The notes beneath the pieces were generated by a model. The model was not told the origin of the DNA and did no database searches. It saw only the letters and a list, made by a program, of their open reading frames with translations. A program made the position numbers and the translations under genes. From Nitrospiraceae bacterium (lineage in GTDB: Bacteria > Nitrospirota > Nitrospiria > Nitrospirales > Nitrospiraceae): a DNA stretch of 64,000 nt. Position 1 is the first letter of the stretch. Every line of letters starts with the position of its first letter. The DNA is taken from contig JBFWWG010000002.1 in NCBI GenBank assembly GCA_050246315.1, positions 561,159 to 625,158 of the forward strand, written 5' to 3'. This document shows positions 35,201 through 45,637 of the stretch, in pieces.

Positions 35201-36091
35201 TCACGACGGGCAAGGTTGTACCGCCTTCAGCTCGTCGAGCATTGTCTGAATATCGTTCATGATATCGGTGCGGCTGGGGTCGAACGAGAGGTACCCGATG
35301 AAGCTGTGGCCGCCAGAATAGGCGGGGGCGATGATATTCAGCACATTGCCTCCCCAATTGGTATTGGCCGGCAACGTGTTCGTCAGGGTCAACCGGATGG
35401 CATTGATGAGCAAATCGGTTGAGGATGACCGGTACTTGCCGTTCCCCTTCACCTGCGAGTCCGGTGTCGCCACGCCGGCAATCTTGAGGGCGCCGACCGG
35501 AGGATTGGGCGCAGGACCGCCGAAGGTCAGATCGTACGCCGCGTTGGTGTAGAGATTCCCCTGCGAATGCGGCACCACCAACACGCGCCTGCAAGAGGGA
35601 GGCAACAGCTCCTGACGATAACGGGAAGCATGTCGCTGAATCGTCGCCTGATCGATTTGATTCACGTCCGTCATCGGACCCTGAAGTTGCGTCAACAAGG
35701 GAGAGAACACCGTGACGCCCTCTAAGCCCTGCCAGAAGGTCGCCGGTGACAATCCGAACCGTTGCTGCCCCGCCTCGAGGAAATCCTTCACCTCCCCGTC
35801 CGTCGGGTTGTAGTTCAGTTGAAAGACATAGCAAAAGGCTTGAAGATCCTGCGGCAGGCTCGCGAGGCGTGCCAGAAATTCCCGCTCTAACTTCCCGGCA
35901 TTCACCCGTGCTTCATCCAACGTGGTCGTGACCCCGTTGACATAAAAGATGTCGATCCGCGGAGCTGCGGGACTCAGACAAGCCGGCTGGGGCGCCGTCT
36001 GGGCGGCGACCAGATCCGGCATGCCGGCGAGCGCGCTGAACAGGCCGAACGTCGCGATGAAGCGAAGCGACCTCATCGTCATCTCCTCCAC
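35201..36091 (-). CDS. Secreted alpha/beta-hydrolase-like protein
   Basis: Signal peptide; IFYVNGV; VVPHSQGNLY nucleophile elbow; GGHSF. Confidence 0.65.
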   Translation of the reverse strand: MEEMTMRSLRFIATFGLFSALAGMPDLVAAQTAPQPACLSPAAPRIDIFYVNGVTTTLDEARVNAGKLEREFLARLASLPQDLQAFCYVFQLNYNPTDGEVKDFLEAGQQRFGLSPATFWQGLEGVTVFSPLLTQLQGPMTDVNQIDQATIQRHASRYRQELLPPSCRRVLVVPHSQGNLYTNAAYDLTFGGPAPNPPVGALKIAGVATPDSQVKGNGKYRSSSTDLLINAIRLTLTNTLPANTNWGGNVLNIIAPAYSGGHSFIGYLSFDPSRTDIMNDIQTMLDELKAVQPCPS

Positions 36092-36098
36092 ACAGCCT

Positions 36099-36614
36099 TC
36101 ATGGAGTCACGCAGGTGGACGGCCACTGATCCGCCGGCAGCAGAGCGATCGGGGTCGCGGTCACTTGCGCGTCGGCCTGCAAGTAGGCCTTCGAACGCAC
36201 ATCGCTGTTCAGGATCTTGGCGCGCAGCTCGGAGAAAACCGTCGGAAAATCCGCCGGCCGGCGAGCCATCAGACACTCGATGGCCCTGAACCGCTCATTC
36301 GCGTGGGTCACAGAACGGGCCTGATCGCCGGCATCCAGCATGGCCGCCTGGACGGCCTTGGCATATTGCCGCAAGGCGTCACGGGTCGGACCGGCCGTCC
36401 CGCCACTGTAGGTTCCGTCAATGTAGGTTTCGATGTCGTCGCGGACGCCATCGTTGTCGGCATCCACGCCTGCCACCGTGGGGGTCGTATCGCCGGAGGT
36501 TTCGTCGCTGCCGCAGGCGGGGAGACTGAAGAGGAGGAGTCCCGCACAGAGCGCACGGAGGATCGCCTTCCCGCGTTCGCTCATTGATCCGTTGGCGCCC
36601 AAGGTCTCACCCAT
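36099..36614 (-). CDS. Lipoprotein with DxDxDG Ca-binding-like motif
   Basis: Lipobox LPAC; GVDADNDGVRDDIE; start uncertain (36614/36584). Confidence 0.7.
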   Translation of the reverse strand: MGETLGANGSMSERGKAILRALCAGLLLFSLPACGSDETSGDTTPTVAGVDADNDGVRDDIETYIDGTYSGGTAGPTRDALRQYAKAVQAAMLDAGDQARSVTHANERFRAIECLMARRPADFPTVFSELRAKILNSDVRSKAYLQADAQVTATPIALLPADQWPSTCVTP

Positions 36615-37170
36615 GGTCAATCTCGCTGTATTCCCATAGGGAGGCCGAGTCTACGCTCCTCTATGGACAGAACACAAGCGGGCCGGCTGGCCATGACTTG
36701 CCCGACCGCGGTCCTGATCAGGAGTTGGAGCGGTGCCGGAGGCGTTGTCGGTTGGGGACCTCAGCGCGGCACAACCGTTTCACGGTCGATAAATGTTGTC
36801 CCCCTCGCCGGTGTGTATGGAGGGTCCCGCGGGTCTATCGTCAGGTCCTGTGACGCCGCTGCATAGGCCAGAGGAGGCACAGACCCAAGAGCCTCGGTTC
36901 GAGACGAGCGAGCCATGGCGGTAACCGGGACATGCACATACGGCGAGCCGACTGATTGTCCGGTTCATGAAGTTCATCAATCGCCTCGTCGAGGATTCGT
37001 ACATGTCACGCCGGCACAGACGTCAGGTCGTGGTTCAGCCGGATATCAAGGTCGATCCAGTGTGGCAGGTATGAAGTCGGCCGCAGATTGAACGCGGAGA
37101 GCCGCGAGTCGCCATGCGGCAAGCGGAAGCTCCTCCGGCCTCCATCATGCGGCGTTACCGGCACGGAGCG

Positions 37171-37635
37171 CTATAGGCAGGTGCCGAAATCATTCTGTCG
37201 CCAGGCTTCATAGAGGACCACGGCGACGGTGTTCGAAAGGTTCAGGCTCCGGCTATCGGAAACCATGGGAACGCGGATCCGTTGCTGCTCCGACACGCTA
37301 CCCAGAATCTCAGGCGGCAAGCCTCTCGTCTCGGGACCGAAGACGAACGCATCACCGGCGACATAGCGGTTCAGATCATAGCGCCGGGTCCCTTTGGTGG
37401 AGACGGCGAAGAAGCGACCCTCCTTAAAACAGGCCGCACAATCGGCCCAAGTTTCGTGGACCGTCATGGTGGCGAACTGGTGATAGTCGAGCCCGGCCCG
37501 GCGCAAAAGCCGATCCTCCAACGTAAACCCCAGCGGCTTCACCAAATGCAGCCTGGCTCCGGTATTCGCGCAGAGCCGGATGATGTTGCCGGTGTTCGAG
37601 GGAATTTCCGGTTGATAGAGAATGATGTCGAACAT
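37171..37635 (-). CDS. trmL: tRNA (cytidine/uridine-34 2'-O)-methyltransferase
   Basis: LYQPEIPSNTGNIIRLC, RRAGLDYH, FGPETRGLP, RSLNLSN. Confidence 0.95.
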   Translation of the reverse strand: MFDIILYQPEIPSNTGNIIRLCANTGARLHLVKPLGFTLEDRLLRRAGLDYHQFATMTVHETWADCAACFKEGRFFAVSTKGTRRYDLNRYVAGDAFVFGPETRGLPPEILGSVSEQQRIRVPMVSDSRSLNLSNTVAVVLYEAWRQNDFGTCL

Positions 37636-37808
37636 TGTAGAGTCACCTGCAGACCTGCCGGCATGCCAGTCTACGTCAAGTACCGACGCGATCCCAAGAG
37701 GAGCCGGTTCATGAGGTGGCAGGATCGGAGTTGGATGCAGTGAGGGAGTGCGAGGCTCGGTCGTCAGGCTTGGCCGCACGAGGCAACCCTCATTCTTTGG
37801 CTCCTCCC

Positions 37809-38025
37809 TAGCCCGCATTATTCATGACGGTTCGTCACGAAATGGCGGAGTCGCGTGGCGAGACGGGCGCGTGGAGGCGCGAGACCCCGAAGCATACTTG
37901 AAACAGTATGTTGAGGGGTCGAGTGGCGAGCGCGTCCGCCTGCACACCGCGGAAACCCGTGTGCAGCCTTGTCGCAGCAGCGAATCCGCAATTGTAGTAG
38001 AAACGTTCATGAATAATGTGGGCTA
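37809..38025. mobile_element. MITE-like element, family A
   Basis: TIRs TAGCCCGCATTATTCATGA / TCATGAATAATGTGGGCTA; internal GCATACTTGAAACAGTATGTTG; related to 55705-55948 and 61889-62051. Confidence 0.8.
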
Positions 38026-39249
38026 AGGCGCCGTCATCTCGTCCTGGACCACGTGGCCCTTCATGGATTTCTCGACGATGTTGCGTTGAATCTCCACGGC
38101 AATGACGAACGCGAGTTGGTCTGCCGAGAGCGCACCCATGGGCAGGCCCTTCGTCTCCGCATAGAATGGATCGTCCGGCGCCGCTGTTCGATGGAGATTC
38201 ACCAAAATCTTGGCCGGTTGGATCGGCAGCTCTCGCTCCCCCACCAATACCGATTGATCATCCGGAAGAACTCGTGTCCTCGTGGCCCAATCCCGCTGGT
38301 CGATCTTCACGAACGACACGTTCCAGATCTTTCCGTTCAACAGGCTTCTGACCGCCTTCGGCGTGTGCTTCTCAAAATAGGGATCTCGGACGATGGTCTG
38401 TAGCGCCTCACGAACCCGGATATCATATAGCTTGATCGTTGAATCCGACTGCGTCGGCGGAACCAGCGTGGTGGTGCAGACCTCATAGAACGGCTGTCCC
38501 TCCAGACTCTTCTGATCATCCACGGTGGTGAGATACCTACCGAGTAACTCCTGCACGAGACGCGCCCGCTCCTCCCCCGACAACTCTCCGATCTCCCTGT
38601 TCGAACGGATCGGGGCATGTTGGAGATCCCGTTCGAGCGTGACGACTTTGGATTTCGGTGCCGTATCCGCCTTACTCACCACCCATTGGAACTCGCGGGC
38701 CAGCACCGGAGCCAGTTGCTCAGGGCGGCCCAAATAGCCCTTATCCTTCAGCGAGGCGACGCTGATCAACAGATTGACCCGTCCCGGCTCCTTCGTTCGA
38801 GCGACCAGAAAGGGAAACTCCTTTCCCTCCCGATTGACCACTTTCGGTTCCACGATGACCTGTTCGAGCAGATTCCGCGTCACACTTTCATCGAATCGTG
38901 GATAGTCGGGCCGGTGCTGCATCATGTAGGTCAAGGTATCGATCACCGTCTGGACGGCCGCATCGGGCTGGCCCGGCTCAAGTCCCGCCTTGTCTGCCGC
39001 GGCTGAATCATTTCTCAGGAATACCTGAAAGTCCGCGCCGGGGATCGCATGGCCCGCCCCGGTTGTCTCGCGCGACTCTTCTCCCGCATGGCTCCCATGT
39101 CCTTGATGGTTAGCATCCGCCTGCGACGCGAGAACACCCGTCACTCCCATGACGACGATGGAAAAGACTGCCAGTGGTATCCAAGAGCCCGCCAGAGGCG
39201 TCGAAGGCTCGCCCCTCGCCGATCTTGAAAGCCTTCTCTCGGGCTTCAT
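38023..39249 (-). CDS. Hypothetical exported protein
   Basis: 408-aa ORF with N-terminal hydrophobic segment and His-rich stretch; GAGGGG RBS. Confidence 0.75.
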   Translation of the reverse strand: MKPERRLSRSARGEPSTPLAGSWIPLAVFSIVVMGVTGVLASQADANHQGHGSHAGEESRETTGAGHAIPGADFQVFLRNDSAAADKAGLEPGQPDAAVQTVIDTLTYMMQHRPDYPRFDESVTRNLLEQVIVEPKVVNREGKEFPFLVARTKEPGRVNLLISVASLKDKGYLGRPEQLAPVLAREFQWVVSKADTAPKSKVVTLERDLQHAPIRSNREIGELSGEERARLVQELLGRYLTTVDDQKSLEGQPFYEVCTTTLVPPTQSDSTIKLYDIRVREALQTIVRDPYFEKHTPKAVRSLLNGKIWNVSFVKIDQRDWATRTRVLPDDQSVLVGERELPIQPAKILVNLHRTAAPDDPFYAETKGLPMGALSADQLAFVIAVEIQRNIVEKSMKGHVVQDEMTAP

Positions 39250-39421
39250 GTTCCCCTCCTTCGACGAATCGCCTCATTGCGAAAGAAGCCTATTGCCTCT
39301 GAGCAGCGGCATCGCCGAGTATCAAGTCACAAACCGCGCAGGGTTCATCTCCCCCTCGCTGCGCAGGTCGTCATAGTTAAGACACGGTGGGGGTGATGCT
39401 GAGAACCGGAGTTGCGAGACA

Positions 39422-40156
39422 TCAGCGCTTGGCCAGCTCTCGCAACATCCGTTCGGCCTCCGGCTTGTATTTTCGCTCCCAGGTGTAACGATAATGAGGA
39501 TGTTCGGCCTGGATCACCGCCGTCAACTGCTTTCGAGCCTCCTCGGAACGCCCCTGTTTCAGGTAGAGTTTCGCCAGCATGATGCGCGCATTCGCGAAGT
39601 TTCCGTCAATGGCGATCGACCGTTCCAGATACTCTTGGGCTTTCTTCTCGCTTCCGCCGAGGAACCAGGGCAGCTCCATCATGAGACCACCCATCATCTG
39701 CATGGCTTGAGAATGGTTGGGATCCAATTCGATCGCACGCAATGCACAGTGTTTGATATCTTTCACCGTCAGGGCGGCATGTGTCACCCCCTGGAGGCGC
39801 GCCGCGCTTCCAATATTCAGCGCATGGAAAAAATGCGCATCGGCATTCCGATCATCGATCTCGAAGGCCTGCTTGGCCGCTTTCGCGCCCGCATCGTAGG
39901 CCGCCAACCGTTTCGCATCGTCAGTCAGCAGATCGTCAGCCATATCGAAATAGGTTTCCGCCAGCCGGACGAGCAGCTCCGGTGACGGATTGCCCTCGTG
40001 CACCCTGTCGAGGAGCACCCGCAGCTCTCCCTCCAGCGATTGCGGATATCCCGGCGGCATCTCGTTACGTTGCGCAAAGGCCTGCTCTGAGGCCATGATG
40101 GTGCAGAACACGAAGAGACTTGCCCCGACTACTGTAGCGATAGCGATTTCACGCAC
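39422..40156 (-). CDS. Exported TPR-repeat protein (TatT-like)
   Basis: Signal peptide; ADAHFFHA, ALRAIELDP, LPWFLGGS.KKA.EYL. Confidence 0.75.
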   Translation of the reverse strand: MREIAIATVVGASLFVFCTIMASEQAFAQRNEMPPGYPQSLEGELRVLLDRVHEGNPSPELLVRLAETYFDMADDLLTDDAKRLAAYDAGAKAAKQAFEIDDRNADAHFFHALNIGSAARLQGVTHAALTVKDIKHCALRAIELDPNHSQAMQMMGGLMMELPWFLGGSEKKAQEYLERSIAIDGNFANARIMLAKLYLKQGRSEEARKQLTAVIQAEHPHYRYTWERKYKPEAERMLRELAKR

Positions 40157-40506
40157 CCTATGCCTCCAATGATCCCGCCCTTACCGACCGGGACACCTTC
40201 GTTTGTCATACGCCACTCCACCCGACCGTTGATGCTCGAACAAACATCAGCGCATGGCCGGAGCAGATGATCGGTCTCGATGATAGATCCGGTGACTTTG
40301 CATTGTCTCTATTTCCCCCCGGCTCTGGCAAGATTCCGCCTTCTGCCTCACACTCTTCAATTCTGCGAGCCTCCTCGTTCACGTACCTCACCCGCATTTT
40401 CGTGCACGCGTCTACTGATTAGGCCCATTGGAACAGAGGAGCCATGGGGCAACACCACGCGACACCGCCATGTCGTCACGACCGTCATGAATGGGGTTCC
40501 CTTCGC

Positions 40507-41278
40507 CTACTCGATCAAGCAAGACGGCTTCTCCTTCGTGAGTCTCGTATCGATCGGCCTCAGGACGCGCGTGCCACCGTGACGCGTCTCGTCCTCGCAC
40601 CGAGCCTCACGAATCTTCGATAGAACAGTGATCGGAATTGCGGCGCGCCAGCGATGGCGTGGACCGAGAGTTCCACGAGATCTCCGATCACCACGACGAG
40701 CCCTGTTTCGTCGGTCGCCTCTGGCGGGTCTTCCCGCCGGAATCATCGACCGAGGGAACGAGCCCGGCATACGAACACAGATGGCGGCTGTCGGACGACC
40801 GGTGGATGGCACCGATCTCCGACATCGGATGGAGGAGCCGGGCTGGTGGATCGGATGTCGCCTCTGTCTGAATCGTCTGACTCCCCTACCGGATCTTAGT
40901 GGTCAACGGGTCCAATGTGTGCAAATAGTCGCCAGGCCAGGGTAGAGACCGCAGGGACCAAGTCGGCCCGGAGGAACTGCACCAGCGTCGTCGCATCACT
41001 CGTCTCGGTCATGATCCGCGCGCTATCGGTGAACTTGGACTTCAACGGATGCGCCTATACCATATCCGGATGTCTGTTCTCGATCAGCTCATACCGCCAC
41101 ATGCCGGTGCCGGTCGTCTCCACCGCGCTCCGGGCATCGTCGGAGAGATCGGGCGGTACGCCTGGAGGGTGCCCCTCCTGTGGGCGCGTTCACCCTGGTC
41201 AAGCGCATGATCTCGTCCGTTGATCCGCATGAGCGGCGACTGCGCGTTGGGCAGGTCAATGCCGATACATCCGTTCAC
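40507..41278 (-). pseudogene. Decayed IS110-family transposase
   Basis: CIGIDL; VETTG; AHPLKSK..SARIMTETSDATTLVQFLRADLVP; SEIGAIHR..HLCSYAGLVPSV..SGGK...TKQGSSW; in-frame stops, frameshifts and an internal deletion. Confidence 0.85.
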
Positions 41279-41506
41279 GGCCGCACCTCCTGCTGAAGGT
41301 TGTGCCCTCGGATTCACTGAGAATGAGCACCGGAGCAGCCTTGGCTCCATGGTCCATTAGGACCGTATCCTCACGCGGCCCCGATAGTGAGGCCGTTTTC
41401 ATAGGTGACTCTCCCCCTGTGACTTGGATAATCTCGGCGATGGACCAGACACGGTGAGCAAGGCTGGGCAACTCTTTTCCTTCCCCTTGATTAGAGAGGT
41501 TCCTGA

Positions 41507-43477
41507 ATGATCAGAAGCCTAGGGCTGCTCGCTCCCTTCGCCTCCCTGTTATTGATGTTCGCCATCCTTCTGAAGCGAGGAATCGAATGGCGGGAGGCAT
41601 TCCTCGCCGCCGCCGTCCTCGGCGGAGTCTGCGTGACGGCGATCACAGAGATTCTGTCCCTGTTTCGTGTGCTGAGTTACCCGGGGATTCTCGTTTCTTG
41701 GTCGCTCGTCACGCTCGTCCTGACGGTGTTCTACTCGAAGATCGAGAGACACGCGACACCTCGCCATCGAGAGCCGCTCCGATCCAGCGGCACATGGCTT
41801 GTCGCCTTGCTGGGGGTGGGTTGGGTGATCAGCGTGTCGGGCTTCCTCGCGGGCATAGCGCCCCCGAACAATTACGATTCGATGACCTACCACATGAGCC
41901 GGGTCATGCATTGGATTCAGGACGGCGGAGTGGCCCACTTTCCCACCTCCATAAGGCGGCAGGTCTACAGCAATCCCTGGTCGGAGTTTGCCATCACCCA
42001 TCTTCAACTGTTGACCGGTGGCGATCGACTGGCCAACCTGGTCCAGTGGTTCAGCATGATCGGTTGTGTCGTCGGCGCGTCGCTCATCACAAAACACCTG
42101 GGCGGAGGGACTGCCAGTCAAATCTTTGCTGCACTCATCGTCGCGACTCTCCCAATGGGCATTCTCCAAGCGTCGAGCACCCAGAACGACTGGGTGGCGG
42201 CTCTATGGTGTATCGCCTTTATCCAGGCGGTGTTGATGTTCCGAGACGCCACGATTGATCATCGGAAGGCTCTGGGTGTGTCCCTGATCGCGGGTTCAAG
42301 TGTGGGCCTGGCCCTGCTCTCAAAAGCGACTTCCTACCTCTACACACCGCCGTTTCTCGTCTGGATGGCATGGAGGTGTTGGCGTCGATTCGGAATCTCC
42401 GCAGGGACACGACTATTGGTGCTCGCCGCCGGTTGCGTGGTGTTGTTGAACGTCGGTCATTGGTGGCGCAATTACGAAGTCTTTCACTCGCCCGTGTCGC
42501 CGCCCACCACACGAACAGCCGTGGCCAATGGCGTTCACAGTCCGCCGTTCGTTCTTTCGAATGTGGTGAGGAACCTTGCGCTGCACCTCGCGACGCCATC
42601 CGTGCGAGCCAACGAGATGGTCATGAGCGTGGTCGACGCCATTCATCACGGGCTCGGAGTGGACCCGGATGACCAACGCGTCACATTTCCGGGAAGCCGA
42701 TTCGCCCTCTCGACGCATCAATGGCATGAAGATTACGCAGGCAATCTGCCCCATTTGCTCTTGCTCCTGTTCAGCCTCGGAATCTTTGTCGCCGCGGCCA
42801 GGTATCGCCGGTCAGGCGTGTTGGTCGTCTATTTGCTCTGCACGGTTGGAGCCTTTCTTCTGTTTTGTTTCTACCTGAAGTGGCAACCATGGAGTAGTCG
42901 CTTCCATCTGCCGCTCTTTGTCATGTGCGCGCCCTTCATGGCGGTGTGCCTTGAACACCCATCGATTGCACCATCGCGACCAGTGTTCGCGGGACTCCTT
43001 CTCGTGGCGGCGCAGATGTGGCTGTTCCACAATGAGACGCGGCCGCTCATCGGCTTGGACATTCGGAATGTGTTCGAAACGTCGAGGCTGGATCGATATT
43101 TCGTGAATATGCCTCACTTGCAATCTCAGTATGTGCAGGCAGCCAAAATTGTGACGGACCTCGGCTGCCGCGAGGTCGGTCTCTGGACCGCGGTGGATAG
43201 CTGTGAATACCCGCTTTGGTGGCTGTTGAACCCGGATGACGGCAGGACAGTCCGTATCGAGCACATTAATGTCACCAACGAAACCAGCCGTCTTTACGCA
43301 CCGGAGCGGTTTGGCACGTTTGCTCCCTGCGCCATCATTAGTATCGACAAGAACGAGCTCAAAACCCAGATCCAAACGGGAGCGGTGGTCCATCCACGTA
43401 TCTGGATGGAGAAGGACGTCGCCGTCTATGCCACACAGCCGACCTCTGCGCCATCCGGATCCGTCCTGAATCAGTAG
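41507..43477 (+). CDS. GT-C fold membrane glycosyltransferase (ArnT/PMT-like)
   Basis: Polytopic membrane protein; PPNNYDSMTYH, QASSTQND, GLALLSK, KWQPWSSRFHLP. Confidence 0.75.
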   Translation: MIRSLGLLAPFASLLLMFAILLKRGIEWREAFLAAAVLGGVCVTAITEILSLFRVLSYPGILVSWSLVTLVLTVFYSKIERHATPRHREPLRSSGTWLVALLGVGWVISVSGFLAGIAPPNNYDSMTYHMSRVMHWIQDGGVAHFPTSIRRQVYSNPWSEFAITHLQLLTGGDRLANLVQWFSMIGCVVGASLITKHLGGGTASQIFAALIVATLPMGILQASSTQNDWVAALWCIAFIQAVLMFRDATIDHRKALGVSLIAGSSVGLALLSKATSYLYTPPFLVWMAWRCWRRFGISAGTRLLVLAAGCVVLLNVGHWWRNYEVFHSPVSPPTTRTAVANGVHSPPFVLSNVVRNLALHLATPSVRANEMVMSVVDAIHHGLGVDPDDQRVTFPGSRFALSTHQWHEDYAGNLPHLLLLLFSLGIFVAAARYRRSGVLVVYLLCTVGAFLLFCFYLKWQPWSSRFHLPLFVMCAPFMAVCLEHPSIAPSRPVFAGLLLVAAQMWLFHNETRPLIGLDIRNVFETSRLDRYFVNMPHLQSQYVQAAKIVTDLGCREVGLWTAVDSCEYPLWWLLNPDDGRTVRIEHINVTNETSRLYAPERFGTFAPCAIISIDKNELKTQIQTGAVVHPRIWMEKDVAVYATQPTSAPSGSVLNQ

Positions 43478-43633
43478 CACGACAGTCGTAACAAAGAGAT
43501 CACCCCTCTCGAAGGCTCCGGTCATCCACCCTCTCCTCGCATCAGATCGGCCCGTTGCCGAGGGTGATGCCCTATGGTACCCTCCCCTCTGCTTGATTGA
43601 TTCCTACGATCCAAGATTCGACTGAGGGAAGCT

Positions 43634-44143
43634 ATGCACTCCTGCTTTGCGAGGGATTGTGCGTTTGCGCTCATCGTCGGATGGTTCGTTACTACGGGCT
43701 CCGGAATGGGGCTATCTGCCGACCCGGCGGGATATGGTCAACCGGGAGGCGAGTTCGACATCCGAATCCCCCGAGTTCCTCCCGATCAGCTCGCCCAGGC
43801 CAAGGCCGTGAAACCGCCGTTCCCAGTCACGCCCGAGTTGTTGGAAGAAGGGAAGGCCATATTTCTTGGGCGCGGCACGTGCTTTCAATGCCATGGATCC
43901 GAAGGCAAGGGAAACGGAGGGGCCGCGCAGATCCTTCCGATTCAGCCTCGTGATTTCACCAACCCTCACTTCAAGAAACTCCGCACACCAGGCGAAATGA
44001 TGTGGGTGCTGAAGAACGGCAGCCTCGGGCAGTCCGGGAGAGTACCTGGGACCGGCATGTTGCCGATCGTCGGACAATTCTTGAGCGAAGAAGATGGATG
44101 GAAGGTGCTCTTGTACGAACGGAGCCTTGGCGGGTCCGAGTAA
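43634..44143 (+). CDS. Periplasmic monoheme cytochrome c
   Basis: Signal peptide; CFQCHG heme motif; PRDFT; PGTGM axial Met candidate. Confidence 0.9.
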   Translation: MHSCFARDCAFALIVGWFVTTGSGMGLSADPAGYGQPGGEFDIRIPRVPPDQLAQAKAVKPPFPVTPELLEEGKAIFLGRGTCFQCHGSEGKGNGGAAQILPIQPRDFTNPHFKKLRTPGEMMWVLKNGSLGQSGRVPGTGMLPIVGQFLSEEDGWKVLLYERSLGGSE

Positions 44144-44639
44144 AGCACCAAGCATTTTTGAGAACTGCCATTGCGCTCCGCGCATCGGTTCTGTGGTGGT
44201 TTCGCACACGACACCTTTCCTGATCTCATCCGGTTCCCACAGGACCTTCCGACCTTCCGGACATTGCCACCGCAAGCTTCCTGTTCCCTTCCTTCGACGA
44301 AGATCCTCATGGCCAAAGAAAAGTATGGCTGATCGATGTTCCCACAAAGTTTGCCAGTTTCTTTTTCTCTTGGAAGGACACTCGTACCGGGCTCACTGCG
44401 GTCGTCGAGCGACTCAAGGCTCCATGCCAGCTTGCTTGTCCGGTTTCGCTTGCGAGGTAGTTGGTGCGGATTCCACTGCGCACACCACGACCCGTCGCAT
44501 GAGGCACAGAGCAACGGGTCCCCCGGCACCTTCCGAGTGTGTGGCCTCTGTGAGCACGGAAGCCGCACCAATTGCCTCGCCTCCCCCATCCGCGCGTTCC
44601 GGGAGCACGAGATCAGGACGAGCGCCTTTCCTCGGAATC

Positions 44640-44952
44640 ATGCTCCTTCCAACCATGCTCGTTTGTCTCTTCCCCCACATTCCAGAACGTACCGCTAAGC
44701 CTTTCAGCCGAATGGCCTGGGTGGGCGCCTCACTGCGCGCGTCCAACGAGGGCCTTCTGAGGCCGCGCGTTGCGCGAGCACAGGCGGTCAGCAAAACCCA
44801 ATCCTTTTCCAATGTTCCTTCCAAGCTTGCTCGTTTGTCACTTCCCCCACATTCCAGAACGTACTGCTGAGCTTTTCAGGCGAGCGGCCTGAGTGGGTGC
44901 CTCACTGCGCGCGTCCAACGAGGGTCTTCTGAGGCCGCGCGTTGCGCGAGCA
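44640..44952. repeat. Tandem pair of ~140-bp repeats (period ~172 bp)
   Basis: Both copies contain CTTCCCCCACATTCCAGAACGTAC and CACTGCGCGCGTCCAACGAGGG.CTTCTGAGGCCGCGCGTTGCGCGAGCA. Confidence 0.9.
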
Positions 44953-45145
44953 AGAGCGGCTACCCAGGCCGCTCGCCACATACAACGATCCTCTGGAATT
45001 TCTCCCCACCGTCTCTGGCATTTCTCCATGCCTTCCTGCACCCCACACCGCTTCTCTCTCTGTAACCGAATCTTCATCTCCTCGAATTGCCCGTGTTTTC
45101 ATCACACGCGACACCTTACCAGGCTCCGGCGAATGAATCGGTCCA

Positions 45146-45161
45146 TGGCATGGTCCATGCT
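45146..45161 (+). promoter_or_regulatory. Putative sigma54 promoter
   Basis: TGGCATGGTCCATGCT fits TGGCA..GG-N10-GC, 35 nt upstream of the response regulator ATG. Confidence 0.6.
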
Positions 45162-45196
45162 CGTACGATCTACTTGGAATCGCGCGGAGGACAGCC

Positions 45197-45637
45197 ATGG
45201 CCCCTCAAGCCTCGATGCTCTTGGTCGAAGACAGTCCCGGAGAAGACGAACTGTTCCGCTTAGCGATCGAACAGGCCGGCCTCGGCATCTCGCTTCGAAC
45301 CGAAACAGACCCGGACGAGGCCTTCCGATGGCTGGAGCAAACGCTAAATGCGCATCCGCCCCCGTCTCTGATCCTTCTCGACCTGAACCTCTGCGGACGG
45401 CATGGCTGTGGCTTCCTCCGTCGGCTGCGCACCGATGCCCGCTTCAGACATCTGCCGGTCGTCGTCTTCACCAACTCCGATGCGGTTTCGGACATTTCCG
45501 TTTGCTACGGGAGCGGAGCGAATGGCTACGTCGTGAAGCCCAGCCGCTATGCCGACCTGGTTCAGTGCGTCGAGGCACTCTGCCGTTACTGGCTGACATG
45601 GAATCGCATTTCCGCACCCCTTAAGACACGATGCTGA
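45197..45637 (+). CDS. Single-domain response regulator (Rcp/CheY-like)
   Basis: LLVEDS, LILLDLNL, PVVVFT, GANGYVVKP, RYW. Confidence 0.9.
   Translation: MAPQASMLLVEDSPGEDELFRLAIEQAGLGISLRTETDPDEAFRWLEQTLNAHPPPSLILLDLNLCGRHGCGFLRRLRTDARFRHLPVVVFTNSDAVSDISVCYGSGANGYVVKPSRYADLVQCVEALCRYWLTWNRISAPLKTRC

Noticed and set aside
36688..36701. TGGCCATGACTTGC sigma54-like site
   Set aside because: Spacing is N9 and no gene lies downstream on that strand
36620..37170. Short ORFs in the gap before trmL
   Set aside because: No convincing RBS or domain signature
44640..44952. Possible CRISPR array
   Set aside because: Only two long (~140 bp) units, no repeat-spacer periodicity, and no cas genes
44094..45624. 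Long ORFs 44094-44870 and 44893-45624
   Set aside because: They run through the tandem repeat or overlap real genes and have no recognisable domains
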